A DNA stretch of 64,000 nt, taken from Acidaminococcaceae bacterium. GTDB taxonomy: Bacteria > Bacillota > Negativicutes > Acidaminococcales > Acidaminococcaceae. The stretch lies in the NCBI GenBank assembly GCA_944390935.1, contig CALXRU010000008.1, positions 3,148 through 67,147 of the forward strand, given 5' to 3'. A program made the translations under genes and the position numbers. Each line of letters opens with the position of its first letter. The stretch's first letter is position 1. The notes beneath the pieces were generated by a model, which made no database searches, had not been told where the DNA came from, and was given only the letters and a program-made list of their open reading frames with translations. Below are positions 17,674 to 27,161 of this stretch, one piece after another.

Positions 17674-19031
17674 AAGCTCTTTCCGTAAAAATGAAGGTAA
17701 CGCTGTGGTACACCGGCCTGATAATGGCGGTTTTAAGCGTTATTTTTGCCGCCGTACTGTACGCTGCCGATGACGTGCTGCTGCTTAATTTGCAGGACGA
17801 TCTTGAAAACGAGGTTTACGGCAACGCCAGCAGTTTGGAACTGCGGCGCGACGGCAGCCTGCGCCTTGACGACCTGGACTTTTTGCACGACGGCGTAATG
17901 CTGGCGGTGTATGACGCAGGCGGCAGTTTAATTGCCGGGCTGACGCCAATGCAGCTGCCGCAGACGGAATTTAAATCCGAACTTTTGCAGACCGTCACCA
18001 GCGGCAGCCAGACCTGGTACGTGTTTGACCTTTATATGAAGGTTGCCGGTTCGCCGGGCGGCGTATGGCTGCGCGGCACCACGTCATTAAGCAGCATTTA
18101 CGCCACGCGCGATGAAATTTTGCTGCAATGCGCGCTGCTGTTCCCGTTTTTAATCCTGCTCTCCGGCTTCGGCGGCTACCTCCTCACTAAAAAAGCACTC
18201 AAGCCCGTGCGGCAGATAACGGCGGCAGCCGAACGCATCGGCAGCGGCAGTGACTTGTCGCAGCGCATTGACCTGCACAATGCCGACCGAGAAATGATGG
18301 AACTGTCGCAAACCTTTGACAGCATGTTCTCGCGTCTGGAAAAATCCTTCGACGCCGAGCGCCAGTTTACCGCCGATGCCTCACACGAGCTGCGCACACC
18401 GACGGCCGTAATCATCGCGCAGGCGGAATACGCCTTGCAGCACGCCAAAGCGGATGAAAAGGACGAAGCGCTGCAAAAAATACTGGCGCAGGCACAAAAA
18501 ATGTCGCGCCTGCTGGCGCAGCTGTTAATGCTGGCACGCGCCGACGCAAACAAAATACAGTTTGAAATTGAAAAATTTGATTTCAGCGAGTTGGCGGAAA
18601 TTGTGCTGGAAGAAACTGAACAGCTTGCCGCGGACAAAAACATTACCGTTAAAAGCGATATTGAGCCAGACGTTGAAGTTGAAGGCGACCAGACGCTTTT
18701 GATGCGCCTGCTGCTTAACCTTTTGGACAACGCCGTTAAATACACCGGCAATGGCGGCGAGGTTGCCTTTACTCTGCGCAGAACGGCTGACAGCGTTATC
18801 TGCGCCGTGCGCGATACGGGCTGCGGCATTGCGCCGGAAGAACTGCCGAAAATCTGGCGGCGCTTCTACCAGTTGGACGGCAACCGCGGGCAAAGCGGCG
18901 CGGGGCTGGGCCTCAGCATGGTGCAGTGGATTGCCAACCTGCACGGCGGTACGGTCAGCGTCAAAAGCACACCCGGCGAAGGCAGCACCTTTACCTTCAC
19001 CATGCCGCTGAAACCTAACTGCAAAGCATAA
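17670..19031 (+). CDS. Sensor histidine kinase (2 TM, HAMP, HisKA, HATPase)
   Basis: DASHELRTP, NLLDNAVKY, DTGCGI, GAGLGL. Confidence 0.95.
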   Translation: MKALSVKMKVTLWYTGLIMAVLSVIFAAVLYAADDVLLLNLQDDLENEVYGNASSLELRRDGSLRLDDLDFLHDGVMLAVYDAGGSLIAGLTPMQLPQTEFKSELLQTVTSGSQTWYVFDLYMKVAGSPGGVWLRGTTSLSSIYATRDEILLQCALLFPFLILLSGFGGYLLTKKALKPVRQITAAAERIGSGSDLSQRIDLHNADREMMELSQTFDSMFSRLEKSFDAERQFTADASHELRTPTAVIIAQAEYALQHAKADEKDEALQKILAQAQKMSRLLAQLLMLARADANKIQFEIEKFDFSELAEIVLEETEQLAADKNITVKSDIEPDVEVEGDQTLLMRLLLNLLDNAVKYTGNGGEVAFTLRRTADSVICAVRDTGCGIAPEELPKIWRRFYQLDGNRGQSGAGLGLSMVQWIANLHGGTVSVKSTPGEGSTFTFTMPLKPNCKA

Positions 19032-19040
19032 ACACAAACT

Positions 19041-19080
19041 AAAACGGACAGAAAGCGTTAAGCTCTCTGCCCGTTTTTTA
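19041..19080. terminator. Bidirectional terminator
   Basis: AAAACGGACAGAAAGC...GCTCTCTGCCCGTTTTTT between convergent genes. Confidence 0.6.
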
Positions 19081-19088
19081 TTGCCTTT

Positions 19089-20114
19089 TTATTTTTGTTC
19101 CCGCCCGGCGTTTTGCCAACGCGCAATAACTTCGGCCTTCTGCCCCGCCGTCCAGCTTAAATCGTCCACCGGCGTCAGCAGCTTGCCCGTGTATTTGTCG
19201 CGCAAATCGTCACCCGCTGCGGAACTGATGCTCCAGATAAGCTGATGCCCTGTTGCGCCGACAATTTCCGCCGCACGCCGCGATAACAGATAATCAATAA
19301 ACTTACCGGCCGCCGCCTGATTTTTACCGTTCAGCACCGCCGCACCGCTGATAAGGTTTTTGTTGCCGTCATTTGGCAGCGTAGCAAACAGGTTCTGCTC
19401 ACTGCGTTCCAAAAGCAGCGCCAGTGAAAGAGGCACTACCGCCACCGTTTTATAGCCCATGCGCACTTCGTCAATGGTTTCCTGCAAGTTGACGAAATAT
19501 TCCGGTCGCTGGCTGTTCAGTGCAGCCGCATATTCCATGGCTGCCTTTTCGCCCTTTAACTGCCACAGCGCCGTCATCATGCCGTAGCCTGCGCCGCCGT
19601 TTTTCGGATCGGGCAGCGCCAGTTCAAACTTTAATTCATCCGCCAGCAAATCCTGCCAGCTTTCCGGCGCGTACAAACCAAAATAATGCAGGTTCTGCTT
19701 GTTGCTTAAAAAGCCGATGTGGTCGATATAAAGCGCCGTCCACAGCCAGTTGTTCTGGCGGAACTCCGCCGGTACGGCATACGCTTCCTCCGGCTGGTAG
19801 CTTACCAGTAAACCGCGCTCCGCCGCCAGATAAAACTCCTCAACCGTACCGCCAAGCCACACATCGCTGCCGCTGTTTGCCAAAAACTTAAAGCGGTTAT
19901 CCACGCTGCCCGGCGGAAGCGGCACAACCTCCGCCTCAATCCCGCTGGCAGCGGTAAAATCATCCGCCAAAGCGCGCGCCAAATGCGGCGGCATGCTGAT
20001 GCAGATTTTTACCTGCTCTTTATTTTTAACTTCGTTTTCCGCTGCTGCCGGTTGTTTTTGCCACACCGCCAGCAAGCACAGCGCCGCACAAAGCAGCGCC
20101 AGTATTTTTTTCAT
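19089..20114 (-). CDS. ABC transporter substrate-binding protein (Fe3+/AfuA-like, divergent)
   Basis: Signal peptide; DVWLGG, PESWQDLL, LPDPKNGGAGY and KFIDYLLS motifs. Confidence 0.75.
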   Translation of the reverse strand: MKKILALLCAALCLLAVWQKQPAAAENEVKNKEQVKICISMPPHLARALADDFTAASGIEAEVVPLPPGSVDNRFKFLANSGSDVWLGGTVEEFYLAAERGLLVSYQPEEAYAVPAEFRQNNWLWTALYIDHIGFLSNKQNLHYFGLYAPESWQDLLADELKFELALPDPKNGGAGYGMMTALWQLKGEKAAMEYAAALNSQRPEYFVNLQETIDEVRMGYKTVAVVPLSLALLLERSEQNLFATLPNDGNKNLISGAAVLNGKNQAAAGKFIDYLLSRRAAEIVGATGHQLIWSISSAAGDDLRDKYTGKLLTPVDDLSWTAGQKAEVIARWQNAGREQK

Positions 20115-20213
20115 CGCGTACCTCACATGGGTAATTTTCTTCTATTATACCACAGCCGCCGCTTAAACAAAAATCCCGGGCATTTTACTTGCCCGGGAAA
20201 TAATTTTGTAATT

Positions 20214-21260
20214 TTACTCGCGGTCAAAAACCATAATCTTGTCAAAGTCAAGGTAAACGGTTTCACCGTCGTTAAATTCTTTCAGGTCAGCGCCCTTAAC
20301 GATAACGCGGATTTCATGGTGCTTGCACTGCACGCGGTAATCCACGGCGTCGCCAAGGTAGAAACGGTGCGTCAGCTTGCCTTCAATGGTACCGCCGCTG
20401 CGGGACATCCTGATGTTCTCCGGACGTACGGCAATGATAGCGCTGCCGGTAACGCCGCTGGTGTTCGGGAAGGATACGCCGGTGCCGCTGATGTAAACGC
20501 GGTCGCCCTGCACTTCGCCTTCCACAAAGTTTACCAGGCCGATGAAGTCGGCAACCATCTTGTTGGCCGGGTTGCGGTAAATATCGTACGGCGTGCCGAT
20601 TTGCTGGATAACGCCGCGGCTCATAACAACAACGCGGTCACTCATGGTCATCGCTTCGGACTGGTCGTGCGTTACGTAAATAACGGTGATGCCCAGTTCC
20701 TTCTGAATCGAAGAAATTTCAAAACGCATGCTCTCGCGCAGCTTGGCGTCGAGGTTGGACAAAGGCTCGTCGAGGAGCAGCAGGCCCGGGCGCATTACCA
20801 GTGCGCGCGCCAGAGCAACACGCTGCTGCTGGCCGCCGGAAAGCTGATGCGGATAACGGCTTGCGTATTCATCAAGGTGCACCATTTTCAGCATTTCCGC
20901 AACACGTGCGGCGCGTTCTTCTTTGGGCACCTTCTGGATTTTCAGCGGGTAAGCCACGTTTTCGGTAACAGTCATGTGCGGCCATACCGCATAAGACTGG
21001 AATACCATGCCGATATCGCGTTTTTCGGGCGGCACAAAAGTATTTTTGGTTGACGAGCTTACGCAATGGTCGCCGATATAAATTTCGCCTTCGGTTGCCC
21101 TTTCAAAACCGGCAATCATACGCAGCGACGTAGTTTTGCCGCAGCCGGAAGGCCCGAGGAGCGAAACAAATTCGCCGTCCTTTACGGTAAGGTCAAAATC
21201 GTTGACGGCCGTAACATCGCCGAACCGTTTAAAAACATGCTCTATACGTACTTCAGACAA
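20214..21260 (-). CDS. ABC transporter ATPase (FbpC/PotA-type, TOBE domain)
   Basis: [35 protein letters not shown]. Confidence 0.92.
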   Translation of the reverse strand: MSEVRIEHVFKRFGDVTAVNDFDLTVKDGEFVSLLGPSGCGKTTSLRMIAGFERATEGEIYIGDHCVSSSTKNTFVPPEKRDIGMVFQSYAVWPHMTVTENVAYPLKIQKVPKEERAARVAEMLKMVHLDEYASRYPHQLSGGQQQRVALARALVMRPGLLLLDEPLSNLDAKLRESMRFEISSIQKELGITVIYVTHDQSEAMTMSDRVVVMSRGVIQQIGTPYDIYRNPANKMVADFIGLVNFVEGEVQGDRVYISGTGVSFPNTSGVTGSAIIAVRPENIRMSRSGGTIEGKLTHRFYLGDAVDYRVQCKHHEIRVIVKGADLKEFNDGETVYLDFDKIMVFDRE

Positions 21261-21275
21261 TTCATTCCACTCCTT

Positions 21276-22955
21276 TTAAATACCAACATTACCCTTAGTA
21301 AGCTTGTTTAAAATAACATTGCCCACCAGAACTATCAGCAAAATAATTACCGAAAGCACGGAAGCATTCTGCGTATCGGCATAGGTCTGCAAATCGTACA
21401 GCAGTACGCCGATGGTTTTGGTGTCACTGCCGTAGAGGAGCAGCGACATCGTCAGTTCGTAGAACGACGGCATAAAGATTAAGAACCAGCCCGCGATTAC
21501 GGAAGGCGCAATCAGCGGCATGATGATGTCCTTGCAGGTACGCAGCCAGCTTGCGCCGGAGTTCAAAGCCGCTTCTTCCAGCGAAATGTGAACCTGGCTT
21601 AAGGAAGCCGCAATCGTGCGGACGGACATCGTCATATATTTAACAAGGTAGCTGACAACCAGAATCCACATCGTGGAATACAGGTTCAGTCCAAAGTTGC
21701 CGGAGAAGGTAATAACCAAAGCCAGCGCGATAACGATACTCGGTGTAGAACCGCCGACAATCGTCAGCAAATCCGGGAAGTTGCGCCCCTTAACCTTCGT
21801 TTTAACGGCAAGGTAAGCGATAAAGATGGACAGCGCCGTACCGATGGTTGCAGCAATTACACCGTATACAACGGAGTTCCATACGCTTTCCATATACTGG
21901 GAACTGGTAATAACCGGAATCCAGGCGTCAAAGCCGAGGTTGGAAAGCTCAATGCCCTTGGACATGCTCTTGAGCAGCGAAGTCAAGAGGATAGAGCCCA
22001 GCGGCAGGATAACGGCGATAAAACCGTACAGGCCGACAGCGATAAACGCAGGCCATTTCCACTTACCAAGCTCAACTATGTTCGGGCGCGTGCTTTTGCC
22101 GCTGATAGTGGTGTAATCCTTGCGGCCCAGCATCCACGTCATGCCGAACAGCAGCGCGTTGGCGATAAACATCAAGGATGCAGCCAAGCTCGTCGCATCG
22201 CGGATACCGGCTTCGTCGCCCATATAAACATAAGTAACGATACGGGTCGTCATAACTTCAATGTTGCCCGGCATACCGACGATTGCCGGAATACCGAAGC
22301 AGGAGCCTGCGGCGATGAATACCAAGAGGCCGCCGGCTAAAATGGAAGGCGCCATCAAAGGCAGCGTAACGTCAACAAGCGTACGCAGCGGCGATGAACC
22401 GGAAACCCTTGCCGCTTCCTCCAGCGTCGGGTCCATTTTTTCCATCGCACGCGAAATAGTAATAAAAGCAAATGGAGAATAGAATAAAGTCAAAACCCAT
22501 GCCAAGCCGCCCGTAGTGTAAATATCAAACGGGGCCTGCTGTAAATTGAACATCCATTTAAAAATGTTGTTCAGATAACCAACGCTCGGGTTCAGCAGCT
22601 GTACCCAGGCGATAGCGCCTACATACGGCGGAATCATGTAACTGGCAACCAAAAGCGTGCGGTAGCCTTTTTTCCACGGCAAATCGGTACGGCCAACCAG
22701 CCACGCCAGCGGGAAGGTAATGATAACGCTCGCCACCATAACTATCAGCGAAAGCTCAACCGTATTGGCAAGCGCGCGCCAGTTAACATCCTTGCTGTAA
22801 ACCTCGCGGTAGTTTTCCAGCGTAAACGCGCCGTCAACCAGCACGCTGTCATACAACAGTATGGCCAGCGGGAAAACCACAAAATATAAAAGTAATAATA
22901 CCGACAGCGAAATTACCAGGAATTTGCTGTTTATTCTTTGTAAAAAGCCCACCAT
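21276..22955 (-). CDS. Fe3+/AfuB-type ABC permease (duplicated BPD domains)
   Basis: Two EAA motifs (LEEAARVSG, LEEAALNSG); about 12 TM segments. Confidence 0.9.
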   Translation of the reverse strand: MVGFLQRINSKFLVISLSVLLLLYFVVFPLAILLYDSVLVDGAFTLENYREVYSKDVNWRALANTVELSLIVMVASVIITFPLAWLVGRTDLPWKKGYRTLLVASYMIPPYVGAIAWVQLLNPSVGYLNNIFKWMFNLQQAPFDIYTTGGLAWVLTLFYSPFAFITISRAMEKMDPTLEEAARVSGSSPLRTLVDVTLPLMAPSILAGGLLVFIAAGSCFGIPAIVGMPGNIEVMTTRIVTYVYMGDEAGIRDATSLAASLMFIANALLFGMTWMLGRKDYTTISGKSTRPNIVELGKWKWPAFIAVGLYGFIAVILPLGSILLTSLLKSMSKGIELSNLGFDAWIPVITSSQYMESVWNSVVYGVIAATIGTALSIFIAYLAVKTKVKGRNFPDLLTIVGGSTPSIVIALALVITFSGNFGLNLYSTMWILVVSYLVKYMTMSVRTIAASLSQVHISLEEAALNSGASWLRTCKDIIMPLIAPSVIAGWFLIFMPSFYELTMSLLLYGSDTKTIGVLLYDLQTYADTQNASVLSVIILLIVLVGNVILNKLTKGNVGI

Positions 22956-23094
22956 AACTCCTTTCTACGGCATAACGGCCGCCCTAAAGCGTAATTTAAG
23001 GTCGCTATTTATAAAACGGGAAAAAGGGATCGCCCCAACAGCGACCCCTAAAATCCCTCACTTAATTATTTCATGCCGGATTTAGAAAGAACCG

Positions 23095-24129
23095 TTATTC
23101 CATAACCCTTACGCGGAATTCTTCTTTGATTTCAGCTTTGTTATCAGCAAGTTTCTGCCAATCAACAGGTACTGCGTTTTCAGAGAAGGTTTTGAGTGCC
23201 GGAGCGCCTTTAGGCGGCTCTACGTCGCCGCGGACGGAATGCATCCAGCCTTGTACAACTGCCTGCTGGCCTTCTTTGGAGAGCCACCAGTCAACCATAG
23301 CTTTTGCGCCGTCAGCATTTTTGGTAGTGTTGAAAATAGCAATCGGGGAAGGAATGATAACTACGCCGTCTTCAGGATATACAACTTTCAAAGGCTCGTT
23401 TTTGGTTGCAGCCAGTTTCAGGATGTTTTCTTCCAGAATCATTGCTGCAGCATATTCGCCGGTCAAAAGTTTGTTCTGAATAGCGGAGTTGCCTTCTTCA
23501 ACGCGCATGCCGTTAGCTTTCAGCTGATCGAAATATTCCCAGCCGTATTTGTCTGCCAGTGCTGCAACAGCAACAAAAGCAGTACCGGAAAGCATCGGGT
23601 TAGGCATTGCGATTTTGCCCTGCCATTTCGGATCGGTCAAATCTTTCCAGGATTTCGGTGCTTCTTCAGCAGACAGTTTATCGGAGTTGTAAGCGATAAT
23701 CATGTTGCTGATACGAACGGAAGACCATGCACCTTTTTCGTCCTTATCGGTGATAACGTCTTTCAGGTTCGGGGATGCATAATCCAAAAGCAGCCCGTCG
23801 TTTTTAAGGGACAGATAGTAAGAAGGTTCAGCAACCATCAGAACATCTGCGCCGATTTTTTTAGCTTTGATTTCGCCGGCCATTTTGGTCATAACTTTTT
23901 CGGTACCGCCCTGGAACCAGTCAACCTTCATATCCGGGAAAACTTTGCTCATTGCCGGTTTGCAAACATTGTCAATAATATCCGGGTAAATGGAAGTATA
24001 AACCATTACCTCGCCGCTCGGACCGCCGGTTTTGGCAGCTTCTTTTTTCTCATCACCGCCGCAGCCTGCAACAACTGCCGATAATGCCAGAACTGCCGCA
24101 GCAGTACAGAGCCATTTTGCTTTTTTCAT
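23095..24129 (-). CDS. Fe3+/AfuA-type ABC substrate-binding lipoprotein
   Basis: Lipobox VAGC; VYTS, ADVLMVA, PKSWKDL, MPNPMLSGT. Confidence 0.88.
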   Translation of the reverse strand: MKKAKWLCTAAAVLALSAVVAGCGGDEKKEAAKTGGPSGEVMVYTSIYPDIIDNVCKPAMSKVFPDMKVDWFQGGTEKVMTKMAGEIKAKKIGADVLMVAEPSYYLSLKNDGLLLDYASPNLKDVITDKDEKGAWSSVRISNMIIAYNSDKLSAEEAPKSWKDLTDPKWQGKIAMPNPMLSGTAFVAVAALADKYGWEYFDQLKANGMRVEEGNSAIQNKLLTGEYAAAMILEENILKLAATKNEPLKVVYPEDGVVIIPSPIAIFNTTKNADGAKAMVDWWLSKEGQQAVVQGWMHSVRGDVEPPKGAPALKTFSENAVPVDWQKLADNKAEIKEEFRVRVME

Positions 24130-24325
24130 GAGTCTCCACTCCTTTTATGCTTTTTGGGATACTATAAATAAATTTCTCTCGGAATTGTAAAATTCCTGCT
24201 TACATTAGGTAAAATATTTTACATAATTTTAACAATTTTGTTACCTTTTGCTACACTTGTCAAATATTTCCACCACAAATGCACAATACTTCATTTTTGA
24301 CCCACAGGGACTTTTTACGTCCCTT

Positions 24326-25390
24326 TTATAACACCATAAAATTCATTTCCCACGCCGGTACATAAGGGTGCTTACGCAGATAAATTTTATAATCCGGACG
24401 CAGCTGCCAGATAAGCTCCGGCAGTTCAAAAAAGTCGTTGTCATAATGATAGGCGGCGATAAACATTTTCGGCCTGTCGCGCAGGATATGTTCTTTTAAA
24501 CCGAGCAGCGCCTGTTTTTCCGCGCCCTCCACATCCATTTTAATATAAGTAACAGGCTCGCTGCCCAAAAAGCTGTCCATTTTAAGGGCCTGTACCTGCC
24601 GTTTATGCGCATTGATAAGCGTGGACTGCCTGCCGCCGCTGTCGGAAAACTCCAGCACCGTATCCTCATCCCACACGGCTGCTTCCACCGTACGCAAATT
24701 GGCAAGCCCTTCCGTTTTGGCGCACAGTTTGCGGTAATTGCGGCGGTCAGCTTCCACAGCCGTAATGCGCGCGTACTTCCCGTCCGTCAGCGCTAAAAAT
24801 TCGCGTACCGTATCGCCGTCGTAAGCTCCTAAATCAAGGTAGCTTTCGTCATCTGCAAAAGCAAAAAGCTGCCGTAAATCCTCGCGGCGCTTTGTTTCGC
24901 ACTGCCACAAATACTGCGGCTTGCCGCTTAACTTATAGTTCAGTACATTAGCAAATACGCGACGCGATTCATCATCTGCCAATTTGTCATACACATTTTG
25001 CATGCGGTCAGCATATTTTGCAAGCCACGCGCTGTCCACCGCTTCGCTGCCTGCGTACAGCGGCAAATGCGGCGCAAATACAATATGCTCCGCCGCCAAA
25101 TCCTTAAAGCGTGCCAGTACCTCCGGCAGCTCACTGGCAAAAGCAATAACAACGGCAAAATCACCCAGCCGTGCTTTAATATCGGCGTAATGCTCCACCG
25201 TAAAACCGCGGAAGCTTTGCCCGCGCACAAATTCATCGCTGGCAAACAGCGCCGCCGCCGTTAAACCTTCCGCCACCATGCGGTCCAAAATAGCATCCGC
25301 ACCGTTGCCCATGCCGTACAACACCAAAGGCCTGCCGCAGCTTTTCATATTCTGCCAGACGTCATTAGTTTCCGTTATAAAATCTAACAT
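24326..25390 (-). CDS. FkbM family methyltransferase
   Basis: YLDLGAYDGDT, EADRRN, IKMDVEGAE, AAYH. Confidence 0.88.
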   Translation of the reverse strand: MLDFITETNDVWQNMKSCGRPLVLYGMGNGADAILDRMVAEGLTAAALFASDEFVRGQSFRGFTVEHYADIKARLGDFAVVIAFASELPEVLARFKDLAAEHIVFAPHLPLYAGSEAVDSAWLAKYADRMQNVYDKLADDESRRVFANVLNYKLSGKPQYLWQCETKRREDLRQLFAFADDESYLDLGAYDGDTVREFLALTDGKYARITAVEADRRNYRKLCAKTEGLANLRTVEAAVWDEDTVLEFSDSGGRQSTLINAHKRQVQALKMDSFLGSEPVTYIKMDVEGAEKQALLGLKEHILRDRPKMFIAAYHYDNDFFELPELIWQLRPDYKIYLRKHPYVPAWEMNFMVL

Positions 25391-25557
25391 TTATACCTCG
25401 TGAATTTCATAATTATTCTGTTTTTATTGTACAACAAAATGTCAAAAAGTAAATCTGGGTATATAGTCATGCTTTAATATTTGCTTCTTGCCCCGTGCCG
25501 TTTATAATGTTACAATATATAAGTATAGTAATATTTAACGGCACGGAGGTCTTAATT

Positions 25558-25929
25558 ATGATTTTGCAGGAATCCGGCGAAATGTATTTGGAAACGATTC
25601 TGCAATTACAGCAGAAAAAGGATAAGGTACGCGCCATTGACGTGGCCGAAGAAATGAATTTTACCAAGGCCAGCGTAAGCCGTGCCATGAGCATTTTAAA
25701 ACGCGAAAACTTTATTTTGGTAGAAGCCGGCGGCAACATTGTGCTGACGGAAGCAGGCCTTGCCAAAGCCAAAGCCGTGCTGGAACGCCATAAAGTGCTG
25801 ACCAGATGCCTTGTTGAGCATTTCGGCGTGCCTGCCGATATTGCCGAACACGACGCCTGCCGTATTGAGCATGTCATCAGCGCGCAGACCTTTGAGGCTA
25901 TCAAAAAACATCTGGCGGACGGCAAATAA
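25558..25929 (+). CDS. DtxR/MntR family metal-dependent transcriptional regulator
   Basis: ESGEMYLETI, KASVSRAM, ERH, AEHDACRIEH; GGAGG RBS before ATG at 25558. Confidence 0.9.
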   Translation: MILQESGEMYLETILQLQQKKDKVRAIDVAEEMNFTKASVSRAMSILKRENFILVEAGGNIVLTEAGLAKAKAVLERHKVLTRCLVEHFGVPADIAEHDACRIEHVISAQTFEAIKKHLADGK

Positions 25930-25959
25930 CCGAATACCAAATTATAACGGGCGGATACT

Positions 25960-25993
25960 GAAACCTTTCTGTCTTGGGCAGAAAGGTTTTTTT
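25960..25993 (+). terminator. Intrinsic terminator between the MntR-like gene and cbiK
   Basis: AAACCTTTCTGTC-ttg-GGCAGAAAGGTTT followed by T run. Confidence 0.75.
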
Positions 25994-26018
25994 ATAAATT
26001 TTTAAGGAGCTGATATTT

Positions 26019-26984
26019 TTGCTGAAAAACTTTATGCCGCTGTTAGCAGCGGATACCGGTGCAAGCGCCGGTTATAAACTGAGCGAGGAAGTAAAAACCG
26101 CAACCCCTTCGCTTTTAAGCGCCGCACAGATTGGCGTTTGCGTATACGAAAACCCGCAGCTTACCGATTTGCCCGATAAGGACGCCATCCTTGTGATGAG
26201 CTTCGGCACTACCTATAAGGAAACGCGCGCCAAAACCATCGACGCCGTTTTTGCGGAAATTAAGGAAGCCTGCCCCGGCGTAAAAGCGGAGCTTGCCTTT
26301 ACCTCGCACATTGTCATCGAGCGCATTAAAAAGAACGAAGGCATTGCCTACCCCACGCCGGAAGAAGCGCTGGAAAAGCTGCACGGCGAAGGCTATACGC
26401 GCGTAGTACTCTGCTCGCTGGATATCATCCCCGGCATTGAATACGCCTACAAAACCTATGTGTTCAACCATTACAAAAACTTCTTTAAAAAAATGTCTAT
26501 CGGCACGCCGCTGATGTATTGGATGGGCCAGGAAGGCCAGCGCGACGATATTAAAGACACCATGCAGGCTTTAAGTACGCAGTTCCCGCCTAAGGCGGAA
26601 GGCAGCGCCGTACTGCTTTTAGCACATGGCACGCCGCACCCTGCCAACGCTTATTACGCCGTCATGCAGCACCGCCTGTTTGAACTTGGCTTTGACAACG
26701 CCTATATTTATTCTGTAGAGGGCTGGCCGCATCTTGATACCGTCATTCCGCTGCTGCAAGCCAAAAACATTAAGGACATTACCATTATGCCCGCCATGAT
26801 GGTAGCAGGCGACCATGCCAACAACGATATGGCAGGCGACGATGAAGATTCGCACAAAACCATTCTGGAAGGTTACGGCTTTAAAGTTACGCCTTATCTG
26901 CACGGCATGGGTGAAAACGAAGGCATCCGCCGTTTGTTTGTGGCGCGCGCGCTGGAAGCATGGCAGGCTTTGCAGCACGATTAA
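26019..26984 (+). CDS. cbiK: Sirohydrochlorin cobaltochelatase
   Basis: ILVMSFGTT, AFTS, HGTPHP, VEGWP, MMVAGDHANNDMAG, GMGE. Confidence 0.88.
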   Translation: MLKNFMPLLAADTGASAGYKLSEEVKTATPSLLSAAQIGVCVYENPQLTDLPDKDAILVMSFGTTYKETRAKTIDAVFAEIKEACPGVKAELAFTSHIVIERIKKNEGIAYPTPEEALEKLHGEGYTRVVLCSLDIIPGIEYAYKTYVFNHYKNFFKKMSIGTPLMYWMGQEGQRDDIKDTMQALSTQFPPKAEGSAVLLLAHGTPHPANAYYAVMQHRLFELGFDNAYIYSVEGWPHLDTVIPLLQAKNIKDITIMPAMMVAGDHANNDMAGDDEDSHKTILEGYGFKVTPYLHGMGENEGIRRLFVARALEAWQALQHD

Positions 26985-27064
26985 AAAATCAGCGTAAGCG
27001 GCGTTTTACCTGTTTTAACTTATAAGTTTTGCTTATAAACTTAACAATTTAATAATATTTTAAA

Positions 27065-27089
27065 AATTTTCTGTAAATTTCAGACAATT
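27065..27089 (+). promoter_or_regulatory. Tandem overlapping CodY-box-like sequences upstream of dcuC
   Basis: AATTTTCTGTAAATT (1 mismatch to AATTTTCWGAAAATT) overlapping AAATTTCAGACAATT (2 mismatches). Confidence 0.45.
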
Positions 27090-27161
27090 TTGCTTGCTAT
27101 TAACCTGCGTTTTAGCTTATACTGTAATTAGTTCTAACTATAAAAAAGAGAGGATGATTAG

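Noticed and set aside
25930-26018. Cobalamin riboswitch upstream of cbiK
   Set aside because: The spacer is too short and lacks the B12-box and core aptamer motifs; only a terminator is visible.
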